Source of the DNA: Selaginella moellendorffii
Taxonomy: Eukaryota > Plantae > Lycopodiophyta
Assembly: GCF_000143415.4 (NCBI RefSeq)
Contig: NW_003314338.1
Location: forward strand, 614,216-678,215
Reading direction: 5' to 3'
Length of the DNA: 64,000 nucleotides
Shown here one piece after another: positions 24,701-37,444 of the stretch. How positions within the stretch are numbered: the stretch's first letter is position 1; every line of letters begins with the position of its first letter. The notes under the pieces are model-generated. The model saw nothing but the letters and a program-made list of their open reading frames with translations, was not told where the DNA came from and did not search any database. Both the position numbers and the translations under genes were made by a program.

Positions 24701-26993
24701 CATATTTATAGAATGTAAAGATTGGCTTGAACAAAATGGTGTTTGTCCCATGTCCAAATTCGCAATCTAGTGCCATTCCATATTTAGTAAGTTTCAAGTT
24801 TATCCCAAAGAGTAACTCTTGATACTAAGGGAGGCTTGGGGTGAAAGCCCAAAGTGTGTATTCCTCAGGGGGGGCGGGGGGGGGGCCTGTGGGGGGTTCC
24901 AAATGTATAGTAGGGATAGTGGGTAGGTCGGGCATGGCCAACCAACCTAAGGTATAGTTTAACTCCCGCTTGCATGCCTATCCTTATTTTGCGTTTGGCT
25001 TGGGTCTAAGCCCAAGCTCCACTCCATGCTAGCTGGAGGAGTACCCATGTCCTTGTGTTAGCCACCGGTATGCTGAAATAGTGCCAGACTCTGTTTAGCT
25101 TCGTTTTGAGTGTTGATCTTGGCATTAAGAGGCTAGATACTCTAGAACTGTTCCAAGTCACTCTGTGCTTCTGTTCCTTCGCTCCTTGGGCTGTACGCTC
25201 GGGAGTTGCTCCGTGGTTCAGTTGTATCACTCCTTGGCTCTATGCTTGGGAGTTTGGCACCGTTCCTTCGTTCAGTGGCCCAAAGCCCTAAATCTTGGGT
25301 TCCACACCACTGTCCTTTAGATATGTGGCATGTGACACGTGGCATTTGTCATGTGGCAATAAGAGGGTTTAGGTTCCGCTTCGTGGTTATCCTATGGTAA
25401 ATCACCATAAGATAAAGGGTCAAAACCACGTGCACTACACTTATTCCATTAAAAAGGGCATGACTGTGTAAACAACTCTAACTACCTATTTACAGTAGTC
25501 TATCTAAACCTTACTAACGGGTTTAGTTTCTTTGCTCATGAGGGTTAGGGCCTTTGGCTTCTCTCTCTATATCCCTGTGGGCAGGGGCATATCATACTTT
25601 TGTAAGCTAGGTGACACCCAGAGCAGCAAGGGTGGCTAACTCCATTGGTCATTTCCTTGTCAGTGATAGCCAAAAGGTGTCTAAGCTGGTAGCACATCCA
25701 TGTTAGACACAGAAGTTGCCTCCTAACTCATTTAAGTTGGTGCATTTCTCACATAGTGTGAATACTATGAACTTTTTCTGGAGTTGTTTCCTTGGTGGTA
25801 TTCTAGACTCGAGTATGCATCGACGAGGATGTTGATCTTCTCTAGTGGGGGAGAGTGTCGCGAATGTGACTTCGGGTATCGAAAGTTACCTATCGGCTAG
25901 TCCTTTCAGATATTCTTTCCTTACTGCCACGACAGTAGGAGGTTAGTATTGCTGAACCTGTTATCAGTTTCCCACTTGAGCTAGTTGAGAAATTGGTCAA
26001 TGACCATATACTTAGATTGGATAAACATAAGGTAGGAACCTTATGTGTTTCTTACTGAGCATACTCGAACTGGTTTGAGAAACTTGAGTCATTAGCTTGC
26101 ACTTGCTAGTATCAAGAACCCCCGCAATATTGATATTGGTCCTTCAATATTTGCTAGATGATAGCTTATCATGTTTGCCAAACACCCTCGCTATCATGCC
26201 CTTTGTGTTAATCTCATTTCGGTCCTAAATGCTATTTATGGAAAGTGTATAAATTTATTCATTTGGCATATCTACGGAATGTAGAGATTGGTCTGAACAC
26301 AATGGTGTTCGTCCCATGTCCAAATTCGCATTCTAATGCCATTCCAGATTTAGTAAATTTCAAGCTTGTCCTAGAGACTAACTCCTGATACTAAGGGAGG
26401 CTTGGGGTGAAAGCCCAAAGCGTGTGTTCTTCAGGGGGGGGGGGCGTCTGTGGGGGATTCTAAATGTATAGTAGGGATAGTGGGTAGGTTGGGCATGGCT
26501 GACCAACCTGAGGTATAGTTTAGCTCCCGCTTGCGTGCCTGTCCTTGTTTTGCGTCCGGCTTGGGTCTAAGCCCAAGTTCCATTCCATGTTAGCTGGTGG
26601 AGTACCCATGTCCTCACTTTAGGCCATCGGTATGCTGAAATAGTGTCAAACCCCATTTGGCTCCATTTTGCATGCTGGTTTTGCAATTGGGATGCTGAAC
26701 TATTCTAAGTCGCTCCATGCCCCTGTCCCTTTGCTCCTTGGGCTGTATGCTTGGGAGTTGCTCTGTGGTTTAGTTCTATCACTCCTTAGCTCCATGCTTG
26801 GGAGTTTGGCACCGTTCCTTTGTTCAGTGGCCCAAAGCCCTAAAACTTGGGTTTCACATCACGTTCCTTTGGACATGTGGCATGTGACATGTGGCATCTG
26901 TCATATGGCACATAGAAGGTTTAGGTACCGTTTCGTGGTGTTATCCTATGGTAAATCACCATAGAATAAAGGGTCAAAACCACGTATGCTACA
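18732..26993 (+). mobile_element. Family B LTR retroelement, decayed/non-coding: 5' LTR from 18732 (broken by an inversion), internal region, PPT, 3' LTR 25856-26993
   Basis: LTR starts TGTCG(C/T)GAAT and ends GCTACA. PPT tagtgggggagag immediately precedes 25856. The internal region has no intact ORF. Outer flanks (ggagc/cattg) do not match. Confidence 0.8.
24292..25439 (+). mobile_element. Solo LTR, family B, nested in the internal region of its own family
   Basis: TG...CA with perfect TSD CTTAT. The empty site gatattccttattccgttcaaagggcatg is visible in the paralogous region near 30072. Confidence 0.92.
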
Positions 26994-29900
26994 CATTGTT
27001 ATTTCGAGTGATGAGGAATTTTCTTTGGACCTTGATTTTCCATGTCATTTTTCTTGTTAGTGCTTTGGTTTCACATTGGATCTTGAAGGTGGTTGAAGAA
27101 AAATGTTAGTGCAATATGGGTATCCGAAGATGTGGTCTTCGTGATTAAGCTTTAGATGTTCATTTTTGTATTTTGCGGATGTCGGTGTTGAATGTCAAAA
27201 GTATGGGCAAAAAGATGTTTGAGGCTTAAGCATACTATGGGTTATGAATATTTATGTTGAGGTGAACCTATGTGAAGTTGTTAGTGGGAAGAAGTTGGTT
27301 GAGTCTTGAAAGTTTGTATTCCTAGACTAAGAGTTATATTTTTTCTAAGATGGAAAATTTTCCACAAATTTTCTTAGACTTTTCCAATGGCTGATCTATT
27401 GATCACTTTGCTCGAAAACCATTTTGTTTTCGTAAGTCAATACAAACTAGTGAAGCTAACTTTTGGGGTTAAGGCAATTGGGTTGGATAGAGTCTGGAGT
27501 TAGTGTAGAAAAGTGATTGTTGCACTTTTCTAAGAAGGGTGGCCCTTGTGCCTTTCTTTTAGCATTATGCTTGGTGGCAACTTGCACCTTGCATTTCGTT
27601 AAACTCTATGAGAGTAGTGAGCTCTCATTGATCTTGACTTGGTCTAGGTAGCTTTGCGCCTTGGCTGAGGATAGTGATGTTCGACTTAGTTGTTTAAGGT
27701 TGAGATGTTAGTACCCGTACTATAACTTTGTCTATGAGGAGGTTGTGTACCGATATAAATCCATCTCATGGTTTACACTTTAGTTTCAACTAAGTGTTGA
27801 TCATGTATACTCTTCAAGGCATGCTCAGAGCTGTTGGCTAAACACATTAGTGAGCTTATTGCGGTTGAGTTGGATTTGAGTGATCATTTAATTTGTGTTT
27901 ATTTATGAACTTTTATCTCAATCTGGGGTATTACATTTATGTTGGACAAGTATATAACTCAATGACGTGAGTTTAGTGTTGGGTCTTGTGAAGGCAAGTT
28001 GAAAAGTGATTCTTGGTTGCTTTGCAACTAGTGATTGCTTGTAGACTTCATCGAGGACTGTTTAACACTTGCTTTGCTCGATGATGATTTAATAGTGATG
28101 GGCTTGCTTTACTGGATGGTGTTGCGGAAGATCGTGTCGTTGGACTTACATGGTTTTTCCATGTGGCATATCGACTCTACCTTTGTCGATATCATTTGGT
28201 TACATTTAGTTCATAATGTTGGATTTCATTGAGTCTTGGACGTGGTGAATCACTCTTTGATAAAGTGTTATCTATAATTGAGTTTTGTTGAAGGATTAGT
28301 CTCAGATATTAACTAAAGTATCTTCGACTTTGGTTAACTTAGTTGCTAGAGAGTTTTGGGTGGTGATTCACTCTTGCTTTTTTTTAAGCTTTGTTCTAGT
28401 GTTGATGGCATTGAAGTGATGCCTTGTCATTAACATTGTTGATGTTGAGATTTGAGTGAAATGAGATGTCTTTCTATACGATTGATATTGAGTTTCATTA
28501 GTCTCGATAAAAATAGTGTTGATGATTTGGCTTTAGCTTTGTGTTATTGGCATTCGGGCATTTTCTAGTTAACAATTGTATTGATGTTCAAATGAACTGA
28601 GTAGCAAGTTTGAGTTAGTTGTGTTCTAGACGAGATTGCTTAGTTGAGGTTAAGTTTTGGGCTTTTTCTTGAAAGGTGATTTAGTCATGGACTATGCTAA
28701 CTTTACAAGTGGAAGAGTTAGTGATCGATGTTAGAATATTTAAATTCTTATTGGATTTGAGTTGGAATATATTGATTATTGATGATTCCTGTTGTGATTG
28801 TTATGAAGTGAATTACATCTTGCTGTAAATAGATTTATGGAGGATCGTTTAGTGATCACTTGTTAAGCATAGCTCTATTGTGCTTAGCTTTTGGATTGAT
28901 GCAGAAACGCTCTTCATTAGCTTTGGCATTCTAAAGTTTGGCTTTATAGATGTGTTAAGGAGGATATTATGGATTGTGGCATGATTTCTTCTTTAGCATT
29001 GAAGTTAGTTCATGCGAAACTTATGATCGATTGTTACACAAGACTTAGTTATAGGCTTCTTCGAGCTTTTTGTTCTTTGAGTTTCATGCTCATTGTTCCA
29101 TTTGTTAAAAGTTGTTGGGGAAGGCATTTTTAGCTCATTAACTTCGATGTTGAAGTTGGTTTTTGCATCTAGCAATCATTGGTGATGATTGACTATTATC
29201 TAGGATAATTGATTATCCTTGTAAGAGGTTTTGCTTGATTATTGTTGATCTAGAATGATTTGCTATTCTTCGGGATGGTGGATTCCTTCTTAGACAATAA
29301 TTCTGCATGTCTCTTTTTGATAGGATTATTAATGATTTTTCATAATGGTTAATTGTTCTCTTTGATGGCTTATAGCTTTTCACAATACCACATATTTTTT
29401 GTGGTTTGCTCTGAATTAGTCTTTTGGGTTTGAGACATTTGTAGGACATTGCTGATACTTGTTTAGGCAACTTGAGTTCTTTCGTATTGTTGACTAGGAT
29501 CTATTCAGATTAACTAATGCAATGTTTGGCATGACTAAGTGTTTGTTGGTCTTACCATATTCATTCTATTCTGTTGATTGTTACTTGAGCTAGTTCTAAT
29601 AGATTAACATATTATTTCCTTTAGGTGATACATTCGTGAGCGTTATGCTTATTGGTTAATGATACTTTGTATTCTTTGAGTTGTCTTTCATAAGTTGTTT
29701 GGCATACTATCTACAATCTTTGGTAGTTAAGCTTTATCATTGAGTTTTCTCGATGATACACTTGCTATTGAATTTTGTTTGATGGTGAATCTTATGTTTC
29801 CAAACAATGATGATCTTGGTGGTTTCTATACTATAATACTGGTTTATCAGATGATAACTTATTTGGAATACTTTTGTGTTCTAATCTAAAATATATTCAT

Positions 29901-31601
29901 TGATAATTAAGTCTCTAAGATATCATTGTCTATGACTTTGATATTGTCCATCTATTAATCTTTGAGTTTGGGCCAGTATAGGCAGATTGGCTTCGGCACT
30001 TTATGTGCATGGTGAAATCTTTAGTCATGGGGTAGCTACTATCCACTGGTCACATAACCCTCTTCTTTGTCGATATTCCTTATTCCGTTCAAAGGGCATG
30101 ACCGTGTAAACAACTTTAACTGCCTATTTATAGTAGTTTATCTAAACCTTACTGATGGGTTTGGTTTCTTTGCTTAGGAGGGTTGGGTCCTTTGTCTTCT
30201 CTCTCTATGTCCTTGTAGGCAGGGGTGTATCACACTTTTGTAAGTTGGGTGACAACTAGAGTAGCAAGGGTGGCTAACTCCGTTAGTCATTTCCTTGTCG
30301 GCGACAGCCAAAAGGTGTCTAAGCTGGTAGCGCATCCGTGTTAAATAAAGAGGTTACTTCCTAACTCATTTAAGTTGGTGCATTTTTCACATAGTGTGAA
30401 TACCGTAAACTTTTTCTAGAGTTGTTTCCTTGGTAATATTCTAGACTCGAGTATGCATCGACGAGGACGTCGATCTTCCCTAGGGGGGGAGAGTGTCACG
30501 AATGTGACTTCGGGTATCGAAAGTTATATGTCGGCTAGTCCTTTCAGATATTCTTTCCTTACTACCACAACAACAGGAGGTCAATATTGCTGGACCCGTT
30601 ATCAGTCTCCGCCTAAGTTAGTTGAGAAATTGGCCCTTACGTGTGCACTTGACCAGATGAGCATAAGGAAGGAATTCTTAAGTGTCTATTTAGTCATGCA
30701 TACTTGACCTAGTTAAAGAAACTCATTCATTAACTTGCATTTGCTAGTGTTGGGAAGCCTTGCATTATTGAAATTGGTCCCTCAATATTCGCTAGATGAT
30801 AGCTTACCATGTCTACCAGGTGTCATGCCCTAATTCGGTCTCAAATGCTATTTATAGAAAGTGTCTAGATTTGCTCATTTGGCATATCTATAGAATGTAG
30901 AGATTAGCTTGAACACAATGGTGTTTGTCCCGTGTCTAAATTCACAATGTAACACCATTCCATATTTAGTAAGTTTCAAGCTTATCCCAAAAAGTAACTC
31001 TTGATACTAAAGGAGGCTTGGGGTGAAAGCCCAAAGCATGTGTTCTTCGGGGGGGGGGGGGGTTGGGGGTTCAAAATGTATAATAGGGATAGTGGGTAAG
31101 TTGGGCATAACCAACCAACCTAAGGTATAGTTTAGCTCCCGCTTGCGTGCTTGTCCTTGTTCTACGTCCGGCTTGGGTCTAAACCTAAGTTCCACACTAT
31201 GTTAGCTGGTGGAATACTCATATCCTTGCGTTCAGCCACCGGTATGCTGAAATAGCACCAGACACTATTTGGCTCCATTTTGCGTGCTGGTCTTGGCATT
31301 GGGATGCTAGATACTCTAGGACTGTTCCAAGTTACTCTGGGCTCCTGTCCCTTCGCTCCTTAGGCTGTACGCTTAGGAGTTGCTCCGTGGTTCGGTTCCG
31401 TCACTCTTTGGCTCCATGCTTGGGAGTTTGGCACCGTTCCTTCATTCAGTGGCCCAAAGCCCTGAACCTCGGGTTCCACACCACTGTCCTATGGACATGT
31501 GGCATATGACACATGGCATAAAGAGGGTTTAGGTTTTGCTTTATGGTGTTATCCTATGGTAAATCACCATAAAATAAAGGGTAAAAACCACGTGCGCTAC
31601 A
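26994..31601 (+). mobile_element. Second family B element: 5'-truncated internal region, PPT and 3' LTR (30494-31601)
   Basis: 26994-30490 aligns with 21164-24291 plus 25440-25855. PPT taggggggagag precedes tgtcacgaat at 30494. Ends gcgctaca. Confidence 0.85.
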
Positions 31602-32808
31602 TATACTTATGAAGAAGTATATATGCAAAAAAATATTATCAGTTTTTTAATAGGTTTTATTACATATATGTATATAATTATTGATTTGATACTATAAAAC
31701 TATGTAAATTTTTAATGGTCAATACTCCCAATCCAAGTATAGATGGGGTTTTTTACTTGGCTACCTTATGGGGTTTGGAACCTTATTCTAGCCTTCTAGC
31801 CATATGGTTAAGGCATTTTAGTGTTAAAAAATGGTAGAAGTACCCATAAGGCTTGCATTGTATTAAGGTGTTTCAAAATATTAGCTTGAAATCCTTAAAT
31901 GTGGGACACATGGGACATTTGGGCCCAATTATAAAGTCATTGTGGTTTTATAGGTAACAAGTACTATAAATAGAGATAAGGACTTATGAAGGTTATGAGT
32001 GAAACTTTATTGCATGGCTAAAGATGTGGTTAAATACTTAAGGCAAAATAGAAATTTTAGTCACTCATAATATAATTAATTCCAATCTAAATGAAAATTA
32101 TATATTTAGATTATCTACCTTACAAAAGTGAAAACTAATTTACTATATTCTATAGCAATGCTTAGTTTGCCTTGAATTAATAGCAAATGCTTGAATATTC
32201 TAATGTATTCTGATTGTGAATTTTAATATTTTCATAAATCAGAGAAATCTCTAAAGTGCTACTAAAGTATATAGAAAACTCTCTCTCACACACACACACA
32301 AAATATCAATCAATCAATCAATCAATGAACATTGGGGGAAACATGTAGAGTATAAACTTTTTTGAATATTGATGGTATACAAGCCCTAACAGATCAATTC
32401 AGCCATATATATTTTTTAATCAAAATAGCCTTTTAAAGAAAAGAAAATGTAATTACTATTTCTGGTATAGGTAGATTCTAAATTAGATTGGGTTTACATA
32501 TTTAGTGTAAAGCTTTTGACTGGATTTTAACACCTTTGTGTTAACTTTAAGTTTTATCAAATTATTTACTGAACATCATTAATGAATCTATGAAATCATT
32601 AATTATGTTTTTTTTACTGTATAATGATATAATTGATGCCTTTAGAAATGTATAAAATTTGTATGCTTGTTATTACCTTTCATAATAAATATTTTGAATC
32701 AAAGTACATTTCTTTATTTTCTAGAGAAATTGTAATCAGGGCAGGGAAACTCTTTTTGTGTGTTGTGGATAATCAAATTATTTATTTAGATCTAAATAAT
32801 ACATACAA

Positions 32809-32810
<2 letters not shown>

Positions 32811-32839
<29 letters not shown>
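32811..32839. repeat. (TA)n microsatellite
   Basis: Direct reading of the sequence. Confidence 0.9.
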
Positions 32840-32841
<2 letters not shown>

Positions 32842-33022
32842 AATGAAATGAGTGTTCCATTTGCTGAGCTGATGACATATCGTCCATGGAATTTGCCTTT
32901 GCTTCAAACTCTACTACAACTTCCCAATACTTACAAAGCAGTATATTACTTCCCACGCCCAGCCTTTATAAAAGAAAAAGAGATTCAGGAAAAAGAATAT
33001 CCAGGGTTTAAAAATTAACAAG

Positions 33023-35528
33023 CTAGGATTGAACGGCCAGGCGCTGGAGATGCTCGATAAAAACTTGCAAGCTCACGTCGTCCGTAAATATCACCTCCAC
33101 ATTACCATAGGCGTTGGAGTTGTGAGTGACTGACGGATTGAGCTTGGCGAGGAGGAACCTGGCCTGGCTGCCGTGCTGGTCGCATTCCACCAGCCTGGGA
33201 ACCGGGACCCTGTCCTCCATCACCGCTCTGGCATCGTTCACCGGAGCTTCCAGCAGCGCCTTGAAGCTCTCGTACGCCGGATCGTTGTGGTAGCCGAGCT
33301 TCCTCCACTGGGCGATGGTGGAGCCGTAGTGGACGACCACGTAGAAGTAGGAGTCGAAGAGGAGGATTCTCTCCGGAGTGATGGAGCTCACGTCCAGCAG
33401 CACCGGGACTGGAGGACCCTCGAACGAGTACGAGAAGAGCGTCGGCTGGATCATGATGAGCGATCCCACCACCCCTTCCCGGTTGAGCATGAGCCGGAAG
33501 AAGGCCGTCTCGTCGGGGCTGTTGTTAAACACGGACAGGAACTGCGAGCGCCGGAGGTGGTACATGAACTGCGGGTAAAGCGAGAAGTTGGACGAGAGCC
33601 GGAAGGATTGAGCGTCCTCCTTCGTGTAGTCGCCGAACTTGGAGGCCACCCGTATCAAGTTCTTGTCCAGCCACCGGACGATGTCGAAAGTCTCTTCGTT
33701 CTCCGTCTTGTGGGCCGCGTACTTTGCCATCACCGCCGCCGCTGCCTCCTGATCAAACGCCGCCTTTGCGTCTTGTTCTTGAGAGGCCTCGATCCATCTG
33801 CGAGAAGCCGTCGTCACTCTCAGCCTGGTCTCCCCGTTTCCGTGCTGGTACTGAGTCGCAAACTGGATGAAGAATGGATTCCCTGGTGTGATGCTGGACG
33901 AGTTCTGCGCCACCACCTCGAAGAAGACGGCGATGGAGGTCTTGCTGTTTAGAGTGCACAGCTTCCAGGCACTGGTTCCACCTATGCCAAGCTCAGTCTC
34001 GCTCACCGAAGTGGATTTCCTCTTCAAGCTCGAGCACGGGCCGATGGCGCCATTTATCTTCACCTCGCGAGTGGTCGTAACTTCAAAGGTGCCATTGAAG
34101 CACATCTTGAGCTTTCCTTCCTCGTCCTTCTCGAACAGCTTCCTCAGTGACTTCTTGAATTGCTCCGAGTCGAAAGTCTCGGCCAGGACCATCAAGCCTC
34201 CCGTGCTCTGCACCGCGGACTTTGCCTCGGCACAGCCAACCTGGTCCAGCGAGCACGCAAAGATGTCGAGGACGTGGCTGTTCTCCACCAAAGCCTGGCC
34301 GATCTGGTTGTAAAACTTGCACGACTTCTTGTAGTGAACAGCATTGTCGTTGACAAGATCCTGGTGCGTCCGGATGCTCTTGCTCCGGTCGGTCTCCACC
34401 ACTATCCCCGGCCCGATCGTCACGGGACCCGAGACGAAGAGCATGATCCGGGAGCCGACGTTGGCAGCGCATCCTTCCATGAGCCCCGCGGCCACGGCCA
34501 AAGCAGCGCCTGTAGCTCGTCGAGGTCGGTGGCCGGCCTGGACGTTGAAAGCATTCGGTTGGAGCTCGTCGATAGCACTGTTGATCTCGAAGTCACACTC
34601 GGACGCCGGCAGCAAGAAACGATTTGGAGAGCCTTGTCTTGCCATGCGACCACCTTTGGAAGAGAATCCTAGCAGCTCTTGTATCTGCGATGAAAGAAAA
34701 ACCAGTTAGAACAAAAGGAAGAGAATGAGAGAACTTTACCCGCTGGCTCGTCAGCTCTCTATCGCCGGGAAAAACTAGAGCTTTCGAGTAGCCCGAGTGG
34801 CTAAGAACATGAACATTCACCATCGTCCCAAAGCTGATCAATCCAACTCGAGAGCTCTCGGGGATCATCGCTAGCAGATGCTGGAGCTCCAACTTTAGAG
34901 CCTGCAAATCCTCCAACTCCACGCAAGTGTCCACCACGAAGAGGAAGCACGGGGCATTGGAAGGAACAGGCGGGCCGCTCAAACTCAAGTCCTGGAACGA
35001 TGCCGGCAAAGTTTTATGAGCTCCTGGAAAAGATCCCTGCGGCTGAGCTCCATATCCATACCCCGCGTGTCCAGCGGCTGGGTTGTGTCCCGGAGGATAA
35101 ATCTGAGCTCCCGGTGGTGCCTGGATCGCCGGAGCCTGCGACGAGAATCCACTCCCAACGCTTGGAAAGCCACCGAATCCCTTCTGTGGGATCACATACT
35201 CGACCGTGCTGTAAGTCGGGTAGAGCTCCGCCGGGAGATTGCTCTCGCTCACACCGGCATAGTTTCCAGGGAAATAGTTTCGCTGGAGGCAAAACGGGCA
35301 TCCCCAGATCCTAGCAGTGTAATCCACGTTGCAGTAGGGATTGAGCACTGCCTGGCACTTACATCGCACTGGCTGGTAGGGAAGAACTGGAAGATCCGGC
35401 AGTGGCATCAAGACGTTGGCCATGATCCCAAATGGCACCACCATGCGAGCGGCATCGATCCGGGACGTCGGCCACGCGTTCCACACCCAGCGGAGGCCCT
35501 CTGTCGCCTCGATCTCGTTGAAATCCAT
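33023..35528 (-). CDS. SEC23: Protein transport protein Sec23 (COPII coat), ~816 aa; exons 34740-35528 and 33023-34684
   Basis: N-terminus [20 protein letters not shown] with zinc finger (RCKC...CPFC), trunk [32 protein letters not shown] and C-terminus [10 protein letters not shown]. One 55-nt GT-AG intron joins the two ORFs in frame. Confidence 0.97.
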
Positions 35529-35876
35529 CCCCGATCGCTGATTCCTGCCTGTGAGCTGCTGGATCGGGACGAATTGCGGCGCGCGGGATCACAGCATTCG
35601 CCGCGCGTTACCTAGTGGAATGCTCCGTCCTCTCAAGAACCCTAGACTGCCCAAAATCAACGGCCACGATTGGAAGATCTACCTAGTTTTCATTTTAAGA
35701 AAAAAAACGGGTGAGGGTTTTTTCTAGGGTTCTTAGATCCGATCCAGAGGGCGCCAGTGGACGCTAGCGCGATCCAGCTCCAATCCCGCAAGGCGCAAGG
35801 TATGCAAGCTTGGATCTTCCCTAGAAATGCGTAGTTTTGCCAGGGCGAGGATTCTTTCTCACTCTTTGGTCTCTAG

Positions 35877-36999
35877 ATGGAGGATTTTGAGAACTACCAG
35901 GGACACGAATCACACTCTGATCCATCCAAGCCCTTCGACGATGGCTACTCGGGCTACGATCCGCGCATTAACTCGGCCAGATTCGACGACTCCTTCCGGA
36001 TGCCCTCTTACTCGGACGAGCATTTCCCTCCTGTGGAGGAATCCAAGGACGATGTCTACGACAACCTGGGCGATGCGTCGCCTGGATACGAGCCCCCGAG
36101 CTTTGAGAATGGGGTCCATGGAGTGAGCATGGACTCTCCCTCCAATGCGTTTGGTGATTCCTTTTCCGAGCACCAGGATTTCGGTTCCAGGGGGAATTTC
36201 TCTCCGGCCGCCAGCGATTTGAACGGGCAGAGCTTCCCAGCTGCCGAGGAGGGCTACGAGTTTATGGAGGCTCCGGTGTTTGGGTCTGGAAACAATGGCT
36301 CTGTTCTTCCTCCACCCGAGGAGATGGAACCGGAAGAAGGATTTTTGCTCCGAGAGTGGAAGAGGTAAGTGCTGGTCTCTTCGATCGAGTTTGGCTTTGT
36401 TCTTACGTGTTTTTTTTTTCGTATCTTGGCAGGCAGAACGCTGAGAAGCTGGCCGAGAAGGAACGCCTGGAGAAAGAGCGACTGACTATGATCATGGACG
36501 ACGCCGACGCTTACAAGGACGAGTTCCTGGCCAAGAGGCACTCCCACTGCGAAGCCCAGAAGAACAACAACCGCGACAAAGAGAAGGTAAGCAAGAAAAA
36601 AGAAAAATCACTCTTTGCTCTTGCTAAAGCGTGGGATCGCCACAGGTTTTCCTGGCCGGCCAGGAGCACTTCCACAAGACCGCCGACAAGCACTACTGGA
36701 AGGCAGTGTCGGAGCTCATCCCCGCGGAGATCCCGACAATCGAGACCAAGCGCAACAAAGACCGGAACAAAGTCACGGTGATCTTCAACCAGGGGCCCAA
36801 GCCAGGCAAGGCCACGGATCTGTCGAGGATGCGCCAGATCCTCCTCAAGCTCAAGCACAATCCTCCGGCTCACATGAAGACCGCCCCGCCGCCGCCACCG
36901 CCCAAGGCCGCCGAGGGAGGAGACAAAGCCAAGGAAGCCGAGAACAAAGCTCCGCCAGCGGCATCGCCACCTCCTCCCGTGGTGGAGGCCGCCGCTTGA
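35877..36999 (+). CDS. CLC: Clathrin light chain, ~331 aa; exons 35877-36364, 36433-36586, 36646-36999; probable 5'UTR intron 35800-35876
   Basis: Plant CLC motifs [66 protein letters not shown] introns keep the frame. Confidence 0.95.
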
Positions 37000-37444
37000 T
37001 CGCCATCGCTTCTCTTTTCTTGGAACTAGCAGTGTTCTTACAAGCTCTTAGCTTGTGTAAAGATGATCTCTCATTGGTTTATATCTAAACGATAGCTTGC
37101 TACAAATCAAACCAAAGTTTCTTCATGTTCTTACTGATCAACTTCTCTGGATTCTTTGTTCTCATTGATAAGTCAAGCCAGTCAACGTTCGTCTTGGATT
37201 TTAGGGCCTACGTGGCAGATTCAGCTGAAACCGGTAGTTACTGGATGAAAGTTTTCGGCTGACTATCCTTACCTGGAGCGCGCATCAAACCAACTGTCTA
37301 GAGACCCTCTTTCTCTTCTCTCTAGTTCTTCTTTCACCCTCGATTCCTCTCTTTTTCCTCAAATTTCCACTTGGTGGTCAATCGAAAAGAAGCAAGAGAT
37401 TACCGGGATGGGAACGCGAGGCTCCTGGAAACCGTGAGTATAGC

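Noticed and set aside
25387-25439. Helitron 3' end (hairpin near terminus)
   Set aside because: The element ends in CA with TG starts, 5-bp TSDs and a PPT, so it is an LTR rather than a CTRR terminus.
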